Source: a virus
Virus record (IMG/VR): IMGVR_UViG_3300005529_000006
Coordinates: 1 to 64,000 of that record
Length of the DNA: 64,000 nucleotides
Direction: 5' to 3' (one strand)
Position numbers and translations under genes: made by a program. This document shows, one piece after another, positions 6,722 through 15,864 of the stretch (its first letter is position 1; each line of letters opens with the position of its first letter). A model generated the notes under the pieces. It did not search any database, was not told the DNA's origin, and saw only the letters and a program-made list of their open reading frames with translations.

Positions 6722-8149
6722 TCAAAGCACTCCTATGCCAAGCTTGGCGCACAACATATCAAGATCATGGCAATGTATGAACTGCTTGTTCTTCAGTGCT
6801 CCCTTGAAGAGTTCATCCGTCGCCTTCCGGAAAGAGTCATCTCCTGTCCATCCAGTATCCGTTACAAAGTACCTGGGGGCAGGCTGTTTCAATAACCACT
6901 GAAGCGCAGGGAAATCAATATAGTTCTCCCCATACCTGAAGGGTAGTTTTCCTCCGCCTTGATGCTTATAACGTCTGCCTTTCTCGGAGTAGATAGCCAA
7001 GGTGCCGTTGTACTGGATACAAGGGTCCCCCTTGCTATCCTTAACAGCCTTCCCATTCTGCCCCGAGTAATACGCCACCGTACCCAAGGGGATCTTCTCC
7101 GCCACAGCCTGGAGCTGTCCATCAGGAATACTCATACTCCCCGACGCATCAATCAAAACCGTCCCGCCATTCAGATGTTTCGCTCTTCGCAAAAACATCC
7201 TTGGCGGAGCAGGACTAATCGCAAGCGCCAACTTCTTCGCCCGAATCTTCATGCCTGCCATGACCAGCTTCTCGCTTGGCCCCTTGAAGGTGGCTTCACT
7301 GGTGGCCTTCTGCGCCATGTGCTCGATCTTCATGCGCGGGTAACCATCGGGCTTGGACATGATGTCTTTAATCGAACCGCCCGACAGATAGTCCGTGGCG
7401 TCCCCCAGAGAAAGGAAGTTGCTTTTCTCCTCTTCCCTTTTCTTGCCCCCTCCACGTCCCCATCCCCGCGTGGTCATCTTCATCAGCTCTCTGGGGCTTT
7501 GCATCTTGGCCCCAGTGAAGAACTTCTCGATGATTCTCCGAGCCGCCGCCTTGTTGTCTTTCTTCAGGTAGTCCAAAGCAGAATCAATTGCATCCCGCGC
7601 CAATTGCCCGTTCCCAAATAGCGGCATATCTGGGTCATAGAAGTGCCCTAAATCTGTACACTTCTGAAACAACTTATCCGCCAATTCTGGATGAGGAACA
7701 TCCCCTCCCTGCATCATGGCCCTGGCTCTCAAGGCCACAAGAAATGCAGCATCCTTCATGCCCAAAGGCATATACCTGATCGACCGCAAATCCAAGTAAG
7801 CCATGGTCAGCTCGTCCCGCCTGACCGAGCCCCTGGTCTGTGCGCACTTCACATGCAAATACGCATCTTCCACAGCCTGACTCAGGAAACTCTGATCGAC
7901 AGAAGCCTCCCCTGAATAAAGCGCATGAAGAGATTCATGAAGTCGAATTGTTCTGCCCACTGCATCTTCAAAGGTGGGGAGGATGGCCTCTTTCTTTTCC
8001 GGACTATATCCCCCCATAACATTGTTCAGCGGGTCGGCCTGTTTGACCTTGACCTTCGCCCCATCCTCCTTAAGCCTGTCCTTGAAGAGTTCCAACACCT
8101 CATCGACGTTGGACTTCAGGTACTCCGCACCGAAAACCTCTTCACTCAT
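6722..8149 (-). CDS. VWA-domain protein (CobT-like partner of the MoxR ATPase)
   Basis: MIDAS motif VLIDASGSMS in the C-terminal half; 475 aa; coupled by an ATGA overlap to the upstream Cys-rich ORF. Confidence 0.65.
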   Translation of the reverse strand: MSEEVFGAEYLKSNVDEVLELFKDRLKEDGAKVKVKQADPLNNVMGGYSPEKKEAILPTFEDAVGRTIRLHESLHALYSGEASVDQSFLSQAVEDAYLHVKCAQTRGSVRRDELTMAYLDLRSIRYMPLGMKDAAFLVALRARAMMQGGDVPHPELADKLFQKCTDLGHFYDPDMPLFGNGQLARDAIDSALDYLKKDNKAAARRIIEKFFTGAKMQSPRELMKMTTRGWGRGGGKKREEEKSNFLSLGDATDYLSGGSIKDIMSKPDGYPRMKIEHMAQKATSEATFKGPSEKLVMAGMKIRAKKLALAISPAPPRMFLRRAKHLNGGTVLIDASGSMSIPDGQLQAVAEKIPLGTVAYYSGQNGKAVKDSKGDPCIQYNGTLAIYSEKGRRYKHQGGGKLPFRYGENYIDFPALQWLLKQPAPRYFVTDTGWTGDDSFRKATDELFKGALKNKQFIHCHDLDMLCAKLGIGVL

Positions 8150-8727
8150 GACTTCCTCCGTTTGCAGTTGCCATCTTCGTCGAAATGATCTGTTAGATCG
8201 GCGTTAAGCCACCGGTCGCCTTTGCGCCAAAAGGCTCCGGAGCAGTAGCCGCAGTTAGTAGGCCAATAGCCCTTCTTCACCAGCGCCCCCGCAGGAATAT
8301 AACAATCGGGTTCGCCTTCGCTTGGTGCCCAATTATGGTGTTCCCCCCAAGACTTCCCGCAGTTCGCACAAGGCTCCTTCGAGTTCCTGTCATCAAACGT
8401 TGCCCCACAGACCATACATCCCATCCCATCACATACACATGGTTTGTAAATGACTATGGGCTCGAAAGAACAGCCGACCCCTCCTTTTGTTGTATGCCTA
8501 CCTGCATGTTTCCCACACTTCTTACAACGCGCACTGTATGGATAACCGTAGCTGCCAACAGTGAGAGGATCGCCGGAGGGATACTCTTTCCTGTATCCCT
8601 CCGTATCCAGCACAACCACTTCCCCCTCACTTGTTGTCCAGGTCTCAGCTACGTCCCCTAAAAACCGGGGTGAGTCAAATACCCCTTGCCTCCAGGACAC
8701 TTCATGGCCTCTGAACTCCCCGCCCAA
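8146..8727 (-). CDS. Cys-rich protein with repeated CxxCG..W.EHH zinc-binding units
   Basis: CKKCGKHAGRH, CANCGKSWGEHHNW, CGYCSGAFWRKG; sits between the AAA and VWA genes. Confidence 0.45.
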   Translation of the reverse strand: MGGEFRGHEVSWRQGVFDSPRFLGDVAETWTTSEGEVVVLDTEGYRKEYPSGDPLTVGSYGYPYSARCKKCGKHAGRHTTKGGVGCSFEPIVIYKPCVCDGMGCMVCGATFDDRNSKEPCANCGKSWGEHHNWAPSEGEPDCYIPAGALVKKGYWPTNCGYCSGAFWRKGDRWLNADLTDHFDEDGNCKRRKS

Positions 8728-9707
8728 CTATGGTCGTTGGCAGTGAGGCCACAGTTTCTACATTTCACACTTGAGTAATCATTGGGCAGATACCCTTGCT
8801 TCGAGCCCCCATCCTTTCCATGTGGCCCATTCCTATGCGGACAAGTCTGCCCAGGGCCAAACTCCGGATGAGCAAGGTGCGCTCCCTGTTGTTCCCCACA
8901 GTAATAACAGGGGCTGCTCGTATCAGGAATCTTTCCCTTATATCTCGCAGCCGTGGTCAGTACCGACAGAATCTCTTTCCCCGTCGTTCCAAACACACTC
9001 TCCGCGATCTGTGTCTCGCACAGAATCTCCGCCTGCTTGATCTTGGCGAAAGCCCGCATCCGGCGCAGCGTGGGTTTAGTAGAAAACTGCCACGGAGCAG
9101 GAGCCACGTTCTTGAAATGGTTCTTAACCGCCGCAGCTTGCGCCTCATCCAACCCGGTCAGCGCATCGGGATGAGGGTCTTTGGCAATCAAAACCGCCTC
9201 AAACCGATCAATGATGGCTTCCGGCAGACTGGCCAAGTTCGCATTAGTAGTGGCAATCACCACATACCCCTGCTTCGCCTTGACCATCTCTCCGGTGGGG
9301 AGCATAATCTGCGGAGCGTCATCCAGGAACGCATACATCAAAGACGCGATCTCACTTGGATGGTGGTCGATCTCGTCAATGAGCAGAGCCTTCCCTTCCC
9401 GGAGGGCTCTCGTTCCTGGGCCATCAACCCAAACGGTTTCCCCTTCCCGGAGCTGATACATCCCCACAATGTCCTCCACTCCCGTGCCTTCCGTCATGGT
9501 CAGACGGTAATCACTGCGAGTGACCTCTACTGCGGTGCGGCTTTTGCCCGTTCCCGGAGGGCCACAAAGCAAAATCCGGTTGCTCCCGCTATCCACCAGT
9601 GCGGGAAGGGCCTGGTACCATGCCACACTACGTGCAAACTTCGTCGCTTCGCTCATCTTCAGTAGCTCCTTCGATCTCTTCTTTTTCGTTCTCAATGACG
9701 TAGCCAT
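8658..9707 (-). CDS. MoxR/CobS-like AAA+ ATPase (AAA_5) with a Cys/His-rich C-terminal tail
   Basis: Walker A LLCGPPGTGKSRTA, Walker B LLIDEIDH, sensor ATTN, IDRF; C-terminal CYYCGEQQGAHLAH...CRNCGLTANDHSW. Confidence 0.7.
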   Translation of the reverse strand: MATSLRTKKKRSKELLKMSEATKFARSVAWYQALPALVDSGSNRILLCGPPGTGKSRTAVEVTRSDYRLTMTEGTGVEDIVGMYQLREGETVWVDGPGTRALREGKALLIDEIDHHPSEIASLMYAFLDDAPQIMLPTGEMVKAKQGYVVIATTNANLASLPEAIIDRFEAVLIAKDPHPDALTGLDEAQAAAVKNHFKNVAPAPWQFSTKPTLRRMRAFAKIKQAEILCETQIAESVFGTTGKEILSVLTTAARYKGKIPDTSSPCYYCGEQQGAHLAHPEFGPGQTCPHRNGPHGKDGGSKQGYLPNDYSSVKCRNCGLTANDHSWAGSSEAMKCPGGKGYLTHPGF

Positions 9708-9767
9708 GTTGCTCCTGATGTTTCTTACTCAGCCGCCTGAACACTTCCAGCATGTCTGCTGACTGCA

Positions 9768-10052
9768 TCAGTTGGCCTTTTCCTTGCGGAACTTCTCGTC
9801 CAGCTCCTTGAACTTAGCCGGATCACCTATGTAGCTCTGATCGACTTGTTGTAGAGTCTGTTTGGATTCCCCTGCAAAATGGGTTTCCTGACAAACCCCT
9901 CCAACCTCTTTTGTCCATTCCCGGAGGGTGTGTTCCAGTCTCTCGACCAGATTTTTCGCTATTCCTTTGGGAATCTGTGCTCCAGTCACGCTAACCGAAA
10001 AGGTGTCCGGCCCATCTGGTTCCCACCCCACTGCCAATACACTCCTGCGCAT
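9768..10052 (-). CDS. hypothetical protein (94 aa)
   Basis: ORF. Confidence 0.4.
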   Translation of the reverse strand: MRRSVLAVGWEPDGPDTFSVSVTGAQIPKGIAKNLVERLEHTLREWTKEVGGVCQETHFAGESKQTLQQVDQSYIGDPAKFKELDEKFRKEKAN

Positions 10053-10061
10053 AAGAACCCC

Positions 10062-10373
10062 CTAGTTGCTATCTTTTTTCATTGCTTCCATGATTTCCTG
10101 ATTCCCAAAAGTGGTGGACTTGATCTTCTGGAGGTTCTCCAGATTCTCTCCCCCATACACTTCTTCGGTACCAGTCGCGCCACAAATCTCACACCACTGG
10201 TTAAGGGCTGCATTGAATAACGCACTGAGAAGTGCAGCTTTCTTAACTCCAGGGATGTTGAGGGCTTTCACGTTCACGTTAAACAAGTCTCCCCCGTCGC
10301 CAACTGGAGTCTGTGTGATCTCCAGTTTGATTCCGGGATGGACATTGAACTTCTCGACCTCTTCACGTTTCAT
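10062..10373 (-). CDS. hypothetical protein (103 aa)
   Basis: ORF directly downstream of an intrinsic terminator. Confidence 0.4.
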   Translation of the reverse strand: MKREEVEKFNVHPGIKLEITQTPVGDGGDLFNVNVKALNIPGVKKAALLSALFNAALNQWCEICGATGTEEVYGGENLENLQKIKSTTFGNQEIMEAMKKDSN

Positions 10374-10404
10374 GCTTCCTTCGTTTACTTCTACCCAATA
10401 AAAA

Positions 10405-10436
10405 AGCCCACCCTTTCGGGTGGGCCTTGTCTGCCT
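10405..10436 (-). terminator. rho-independent terminator (minus orientation)
   Basis: Stem GCCCACCC/GGGTGGGC with loop, followed by UUUUUUAUU on the minus-strand transcript; about 38 nt after the SPFH gene stop. Confidence 0.55.
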
Positions 10437-10473
10437 GTATTTGAGCGAAACCGGAGAGCTTCGGGACTCCCCT

Positions 10474-11352
10474 TTATTGTTTTGAATTTACAGGCAAATT
10501 GAATAACAATCCGCCACCGGCACCTGTCATCACACTTGGCACATCTCCATGCCAGCGATCAACAGCTTTGTCCTGGATAGCGAGTCGCCGCCACTCTAAC
10601 AACTGAGGTGTAAGGCTCTCAGTCAGCTTTTTGTTGGCTTGCGCTTCACCATCAGCTTGAGCGATATGCGCTTTGGCCTCACCTTCAGCCTGCGCCACTC
10701 GCTTCTGCGCTTCCGCTTGAGCAGTCAGCACTTCATTCTGAACTTTCAGTGCAATTTGCTGCGCTTGCATCTTCGCATTGATAGCTTCAATGATCTGCTG
10801 CGGTGGACGAGGAGAACCGATCAAACCAAAACTCTGAATCTGCACTCCCAAATCCTTCGTGCCATCTTGCACACAACCCCGCACATCATCCAACAGCGGC
10901 TGCACATTGCTCATCAACTGATCCACAGTGTATTTCCCACCGTGGCTGGTGAAGCAATCCCGCGTGACATTGTGCAGATACCCAAAGGTAAACTGCGTAA
11001 TATCGTCGGTGCGGAACTTCACATAAAACGCTGGCACCTTGGTGGAATCGAGCTGATACGAAAGGTTCACGTCAACATTCACCGTCATGCCCCCGTTCGT
11101 ATTGAACGTGAAGGACTCATCGCCCTCCGAGTTCTTCGCCGTCCACACGTACGTTTGCACATACGTGGGATATTCCATGATGCTCGTTGTGAACGGGTTG
11201 TAGAACACCCAACCCGTCGTGGTGGTGTAATCCTGTACCCCACGATGCGTTCCGGCCATGTCTACCACAATTCCCACATGGCTCGGGTTAATCCGCGTGC
11301 ACCCCACTCCTGCCATTAACAGGAGCACTACCCCCAACAGACTCTTTCTCAT
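10474..11352 (-). CDS. SPFH/band-7 (stomatin/HflC-like) lipoprotein
   Basis: Signal peptide MRKSLLGVVLLLMAGVGC (lipobox-like); band-7 core; C-terminal coiled coil AQAEAQKRVAQAEGEAKAHIAQADGEAQA. Confidence 0.65.
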   Translation of the reverse strand: MRKSLLGVVLLLMAGVGCTRINPSHVGIVVDMAGTHRGVQDYTTTTGWVFYNPFTTSIMEYPTYVQTYVWTAKNSEGDESFTFNTNGGMTVNVDVNLSYQLDSTKVPAFYVKFRTDDITQFTFGYLHNVTRDCFTSHGGKYTVDQLMSNVQPLLDDVRGCVQDGTKDLGVQIQSFGLIGSPRPPQQIIEAINAKMQAQQIALKVQNEVLTAQAEAQKRVAQAEGEAKAHIAQADGEAQANKKLTESLTPQLLEWRRLAIQDKAVDRWHGDVPSVMTGAGGGLLFNLPVNSKQ

Positions 11353-11536
11353 GCTTCTTCTCCTTTTTCCAGACCCGACGCAAGATAGTGGGGACAACAA
11401 TACCCCACGAAACTAAAAACAACCCCGCTCCCAAGAACAACTGAGTGTCACTGGGAGCGTCCATCATAGAGAGAGCGATGGTTGTCACTCTCATCATGAG
11501 CAAGAACAACAAAGCCGTAAGTATCGCTTTCTTCAT
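11288..11536 (-). CDS. small membrane protein (NfeD-like partner candidate)
   Basis: Two TM helices; immediately upstream of the SPFH gene, with overlap. Confidence 0.4.
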   Translation of the reverse strand: MKKAILTALLFLLMMRVTTIALSMMDAPSDTQLFLGAGLFLVSWGIVVPTILRRVWKKEKKHEKESVGGSAPVNGRSGVHAD

Positions 11537-11920
11537 TCAGTTAGTCCATTTCCCCATAGGGACGGTTTCGACCTTAGGCTCTCCTACCTCTACCAACGCC
11601 CCATGAATGTGGAAATTGCAAGCCTGGGCTACCGCTGCCTTGAAAGAGCACGCTGCCCCATAGGGCAACATCCCGGAATCCACCAACATGGCAAACGCAT
11701 CTTCCATGGCATCACCCGCAGCAATTCGGTCATCGTTCAAGATGCCATCCCGCTTTAGTGATTGCACATGTTTCAGAGCTTCCTTGTCGTTCATCCGGCG
11801 CTCTTGCCAAGCCCGCAGAGTTGCTCCTTTAGGCTTCGGTGTCTTTTCCGAGCGTTTTCCAAACCGCCCGAGTAGTGTCGTCCACTTTCCCATATCTGTG
11901 CTCCTGTATGCACTCGCCAA
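11537..11920 (-). CDS. hypothetical protein (127 aa)
   Basis: ORF contiguous with the next gene. Confidence 0.4.
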   Translation of the reverse strand: MASAYRSTDMGKWTTLLGRFGKRSEKTPKPKGATLRAWQERRMNDKEALKHVQSLKRDGILNDDRIAAGDAMEDAFAMLVDSGMLPYGAACSFKAAVAQACNFHIHGALVEVGEPKVETVPMGKWTN

Positions 11921-12086
11921 GAGTGCGGGTGATTTCCATGGCTACCATCCCCGGCAGAGCCTCTGCCTTGACCAGCTTTGCCATGGCTTTTGAAAACAAA
12001 ATCAGCCCCTCAAATTGATCGGGAGTCAAAATCCCCAACCCTATGAGTTTGGCCTTGTGCTTCTCGATCTCAACCATCAAGTCCAT
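11829..12086 (-). CDS. hypothetical protein (85 aa)
   Basis: ORF; 92-nt overlap with the downstream gene, so the start is uncertain. Confidence 0.35.
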   Translation of the reverse strand: MDLMVEIEKHKAKLIGLGILTPDQFEGLILFSKAMAKLVKAEALPGMVAMEITRTLGECIQEHRYGKVDDTTRAVWKTLGKDTEA

Positions 12087-12124
12087 CAGTCCTCCAACAC
12101 GTTGCTAGTAAATGAATACATGGC

Positions 12125-12643
12125 TTACTCCGGTTTGCGCTCTAGTTCAGCTAAACGAGCCTCAGCAGCCCAGGCTTTGTCGCGCCAGAGATTGAATAAC
12201 TTCATTAAATCGTCCCGTTCGGCTTTCAGGCGCTCTACTTTGTCAGCCAAAGTCATCTCATGACCGCCTAGAGCTTCTGGATAATGCAAATCGGGCAGCA
12301 CCTTTTCGGCCTCGTCGTATTCGAGGACTTTCCCAATATTCTCGCGCTTCCATAATTCGAGGCGCTCTACTTGCTCGCGGAGAGAAGTGACTTCATCACA
12401 TCGGCACGTTCCCTCAATGCAATGCCGCACATCGCCTGTAGTTATATGGCCGGGGCGGGCATCTTGTGGGGCGGGCTGCTCGGGTTGTTTCTGGCAATCG
12501 TGGGTTTCCCCGAAATTCCCGTTATCGCAGCATGTGGAGGGTTGCTCTAGCGGAACAGTCGCCGACAAATCCTGTCTAGAAGCGGCGGGAGTCCTATCAA
12601 CACTCCGAACACTATCAGTGGCAATATCCAATGATCGAACCAT
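12125..12643 (-). CDS. hypothetical coiled-coil protein
   Basis: C-terminal heptad-like ERLELWKRE...LKAERDDLMKLF. Confidence 0.4.
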   Translation of the reverse strand: MVRSLDIATDSVRSVDRTPAASRQDLSATVPLEQPSTCCDNGNFGETHDCQKQPEQPAPQDARPGHITTGDVRHCIEGTCRCDEVTSLREQVERLELWKRENIGKVLEYDEAEKVLPDLHYPEALGGHEMTLADKVERLKAERDDLMKLFNLWRDKAWAAEARLAELERKPE

Positions 12644-12786
12644 GTCATGTGGTTTCTCCTTGACGGGTTGTTCTAGCGTGCGGGCATCTTGTGGGGCGTT
12701 GAATCATGCATCGTCCACATGCTCGCATCTTGACGCAGTTGGCATCGACATACGGATTGTTGTCAGTTGCTCCGCAGCTTGGGCAT

Positions 12787-13119
12787 TTACTCATGGCTCA
12801 CCTCCACCAGCACGCGCCCAACCTCATCGGGTAATCTGATTGCCGATTGAGGCATCCAGTGTGTCACCGTGCGGATTCCGTAAAGATGATGTTCATCGTC
12901 GTAGCCGTAAGTCGCCTCGGACTCAAAGATTTCTTCAGCGGCCCTATACGTGCCACATTCCCAATACTTCCATTCGGGCGACCAATAAATAACCAACTCG
13001 CCCTCAGTGGGCAGTTTGTCATCGACCGAAATCCACTTCGGCAGGGCTTCTACCAGTCTCCGTTTGTCCTCCGCTAGATCACCGTCAGCCATTTTGCTCT
13101 CCCCCTTGGGCACGTCCAC
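12787..13119 (-). CDS. DUF551-like phage protein
   Basis: KWISVDDKLPTEGELVIYW pattern typical of DUF551. Confidence 0.5.
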   Translation of the reverse strand: MDVPKGESKMADGDLAEDKRRLVEALPKWISVDDKLPTEGELVIYWSPEWKYWECGTYRAAEEIFESEATYGYDDEHHLYGIRTVTHWMPQSAIRLPDEVGRVLVEVSHE

Positions 13120-13348
13120 GAATAGCGGAGGCCACGCTTGCTACTAAGTCTCGGCGGTCATCACAATCGGGGCAGCCGCATCCGAGCTCAGGGAACCACT
13201 TGTCGCATACTTGGGCGCAAGCCTCTCGTTCAGCGGAGCGGCCTAGCTCGTAAGCCTCACGGAAATACTTGACGCACCACTCTTGGTCAGTACCCGATAC
13301 GTCACGCAACATTCTGACCGCGATCTCTCTCAGCTTCTCGTCACTCAT
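13085..13348 (-). CDS. hypothetical protein (87 aa)
   Basis: ORF. Confidence 0.4.
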   Translation of the reverse strand: MSDEKLREIAVRMLRDVSGTDQEWCVKYFREAYELGRSAEREACAQVCDKWFPELGCGCPDCDDRRDLVASVASAIRGRAQGGEQNG

Positions 13349-13475
13349 CTAGGCTCCTCTTTCTTCTTCTCCTCCATCTTGCAATAGCAGGTTCCCTTGA
13401 TGGCATTGCACCGTTTGCACAGCAGCCCCTTAGCAGCTAACTGACTGCCAATCGAATAAGCCCCCTTGGGCAGTT

Positions 13476-13850
13476 TCATAAGATCCCCCATATCCACCTC
13501 ATCAGTGCCAGTCCCAAACCAGCAAAGATGAAGAAATCTCCAATGCTGAATCCCGCGAACCGATCACACAGGAACAAAAATCTATGCGTGCTATCCGCTG
13601 GAACCCAAACACTCAACGGGTTTCCGAGCTTGCTCAGCACAGGCATATAGCCCTTGTTAGCAATCGTCACAATCGCGTTCATAAGGGCACCCAACGCACT
13701 GACTAGCACCGTCCAGTCATGCGTTCGACCGTAGCTGTAATTCATCGACCAGAACACCACCACCCAAAACAGCGAGCAGGTGAACATTCCCGGCCACATC
13801 TGCCAAATAATCCGAAATCCCAGGCTAATCAATGGGCAGTCCTCCAACAA
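13476..13850 (-). CDS. integral membrane protein (about 4 TM)
   Basis: Hydrophobic segments FWVVVFWSM, LVSALGALMNAIVTIA, FAGFSIGDFFIFAGLGLAL. Confidence 0.45.
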   Translation of the reverse strand: MLEDCPLISLGFRIIWQMWPGMFTCSLFWVVVFWSMNYSYGRTHDWTVLVSALGALMNAIVTIANKGYMPVLSKLGNPLSVWVPADSTHRFLFLCDRFAGFSIGDFFIFAGLGLALMRWIWGIL

Positions 13851-13902
13851 AAGCCCCCGAAGGGGGCTTTTGCAAGAGCACTTACTCAGGCCAGAGCGTG
13901 CT

Positions 13903-14148
13903 CTACAGGTTGAATGGAATCAGTCCTTCAACCGCAGGCGTGGGAGGTTGTGTCATCTCGGTGTACTCTGCCACGATCACAAAGTACGGCAGCTTATAGA
14001 CCTTCTCGGCCCACGTCTTGGCCTCCAGTGCTGCCTTGACTGCCTCTTCTTTGTTCTCCCTCATGTGAAACTGATAGGCCACCAACGCCTCTCCATTGAC
14101 ATCGTTCGTGTCCTTCTTTCTCACAACCGTTGCCACATACATCTTCAT
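13903..14148 (-). CDS. hypothetical protein (81 aa)
   Basis: ORF; ATGA overlap with the upstream gene. Confidence 0.45.
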   Translation of the reverse strand: MKMYVATVVRKKDTNDVNGEALVAYQFHMRENKEEAVKAALEAKTWAEKVYKLPYFVIVAEYTEMTQPPTPAVEGLIPFNL

Positions 14149-14504
14149 CGCATGGCCTCCGCTATCAGTTCAATCGCAGAAATCGCGTCGTTGTCCTTGA
14201 TCCACTGATTGGCAACTTTCCGCACACGATTGGGGAGATCTGGCATCTCTGCAATCATGCGCACCACATTGGCCTTGAAGGGAGCACGCACACTGGCGAT
14301 TGCCTTGCCCTCTAATAGCCTGCCCTTGGCGAGCTGCCTGCCCAAAGCCTTGTTGTACTTATCCACGGGATTGTGGATGCTCATGGCGAACTCCACCACA
14401 TCCCCCTTCACTTTCCTGCTGGCTATGCAAGCCACAGGAAACCTGTCTCTGTTGCGTAGATAGAACACCCTCATACAGCCTTCACCTTTCCACAGACCGT
14501 GCAA
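14145..14504 (-). CDS. hypothetical protein (119 aa)
   Basis: ORF. Confidence 0.45.
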   Translation of the reverse strand: MHGLWKGEGCMRVFYLRNRDRFPVACIASRKVKGDVVEFAMSIHNPVDKYNKALGRQLAKGRLLEGKAIASVRAPFKANVVRMIAEMPDLPNRVRKVANQWIKDNDAISAIELIAEAMR

Positions 14505-14707
14505 GTGGCTACTTTCTTCCCACTTGGTTTGTCCGTAACCGTATGGAGCCGCATCCCTTTGCCATAAGTGGCATCCTGATATTTGGCTCCATTCTCTTTG
14601 GTGTTAAAGGGCACCTGCACCATGGGACGTGCGGTTCGCAAGCCAGAGCCTGCCTGAATCACATGAACCACCGTGCAATCACATGTCAGCACTCTTGTCT
14701 CCGCCAT
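14471..14707 (-). CDS. small zinc-finger protein (CDC...CTVC)
   Basis: ORF with Cys pairs. Confidence 0.4.
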   Translation of the reverse strand: MAETRVLTCDCTVVHVIQAGSGLRTARPMVQVPFNTKENGAKYQDATYGKGMRLHTVTDKPSGKKVATCTVCGKVKAV

Positions 14708-14896
14708 GTAGCTCCTCTCATCAACTTCCTATACTTAGCCCTGCACCTCTCGCAATAAACATGGCCAGGACTGTCTTCCTTGCATCTCACACACAGCCCC
14801 TTCTCCTTGAGCAATTCATACCTGCTTTTAAGGTCTGCGGCTGATGTCATAGCTCCTCCACACCCTCCACATCCCCATATGGAAGGTGCGCAACAG

Positions 14897-15331
14897 CTAA
14901 TCGACCGTTACCGTACTGCCCATCTTCACTACGTAATGCCAGCCCAACGTCGCCCCACAACCTCTACCCGAACAGGTCTTGACGTAGTAGGCATAGACAA
15001 CGAAGTTCCCGTTCACCAGTCCGGCATCTGACGCATATGTAGCCACTCCATAAAACGGGTCAGTTCCAGATGATGGTTGCGGGAAGCTGTATCCTCCGTG
15101 ATACCAAGTGGTGCTGCCGCCACTCGGAGTGATTCCCAAGTACCCTTGTCGATACGGCAGTCTGTTGTCTATTGTGATCTGCACAACATTGCCGTTCTGA
15201 TCGACCGCATTGAGCCAGCACAACATGCTGGTCTTACCTCCACACGAATCTTGTGTGGTGGTATAGGTGGTTTGTCCGAACGACGCCAAAGACATCAGCA
15301 GGAACAACAAGGTGGTTGTTATTGTGCGCAT
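14897..15331 (-). CDS. secreted protein (signal peptide MRTITTTLLFLLMSLASFG|Q)
   Basis: Classic signal peptide followed by Gln; Thr/Gly-rich mature part. Confidence 0.5.
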   Translation of the reverse strand: MRTITTTLLFLLMSLASFGQTTYTTTQDSCGGKTSMLCWLNAVDQNGNVVQITIDNRLPYRQGYLGITPSGGSTTWYHGGYSFPQPSSGTDPFYGVATYASDAGLVNGNFVVYAYYVKTCSGRGCGATLGWHYVVKMGSTVTVD

Positions 15332-15492
15332 ACTCCCTTTCCTGGATAGAGTTTTGTGGTGATGTCATCGCCCTCAGTTACAGCAGCCATGAACACCGCT
15401 CCACACGAACAAACAAACCTCCATGTCCTCTCGTCATCAGTCTTGGTTTCCGTCCACTTATGACCAGTAGGCATGGAAATCAACTTGACCAT

Positions 15493-15786
15493 TTACGCCT
15501 CCTCAACACGCTTGAATATGTGCTTTGCTCCTTCATAGTGGTGCACATGATTGCTGCACGGATGAGCGAGATTGTCGGGATACAACAAATCTTGAAAAAC
15601 CCTTCCAGCAAACTCAGTGTGCTGAGTTGTCCCATCCTTGCCCACTAACATACAAATACAAAAGCCCGCTTTAGCGCGGGCCAGGGCGGGACGTGCAACT
15701 TCCCGGTCGAATTCGGCTGGATTATCTTTCGCTTGCTGTAATACCCGAGCAACAGTCTTTACGTCTTGCTCGGTTTTAACGGCCAC
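15493..15786 (-). CDS. hypothetical protein (97 aa)
   Basis: ORF. Confidence 0.4.
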   Translation of the reverse strand: MAVKTEQDVKTVARVLQQAKDNPAEFDREVARPALARAKAGFCICMLVGKDGTTQHTEFAGRVFQDLLYPDNLAHPCSNHVHHYEGAKHIFKRVEEA

Positions 15787-15864
15787 GTCAGAATCTTCTC
15801 CTTTCCCCGAACGTTGTGTCCGTTAAGGCACTTGATCGTGCCATAACTGTGCTTGCCGTCGGTC

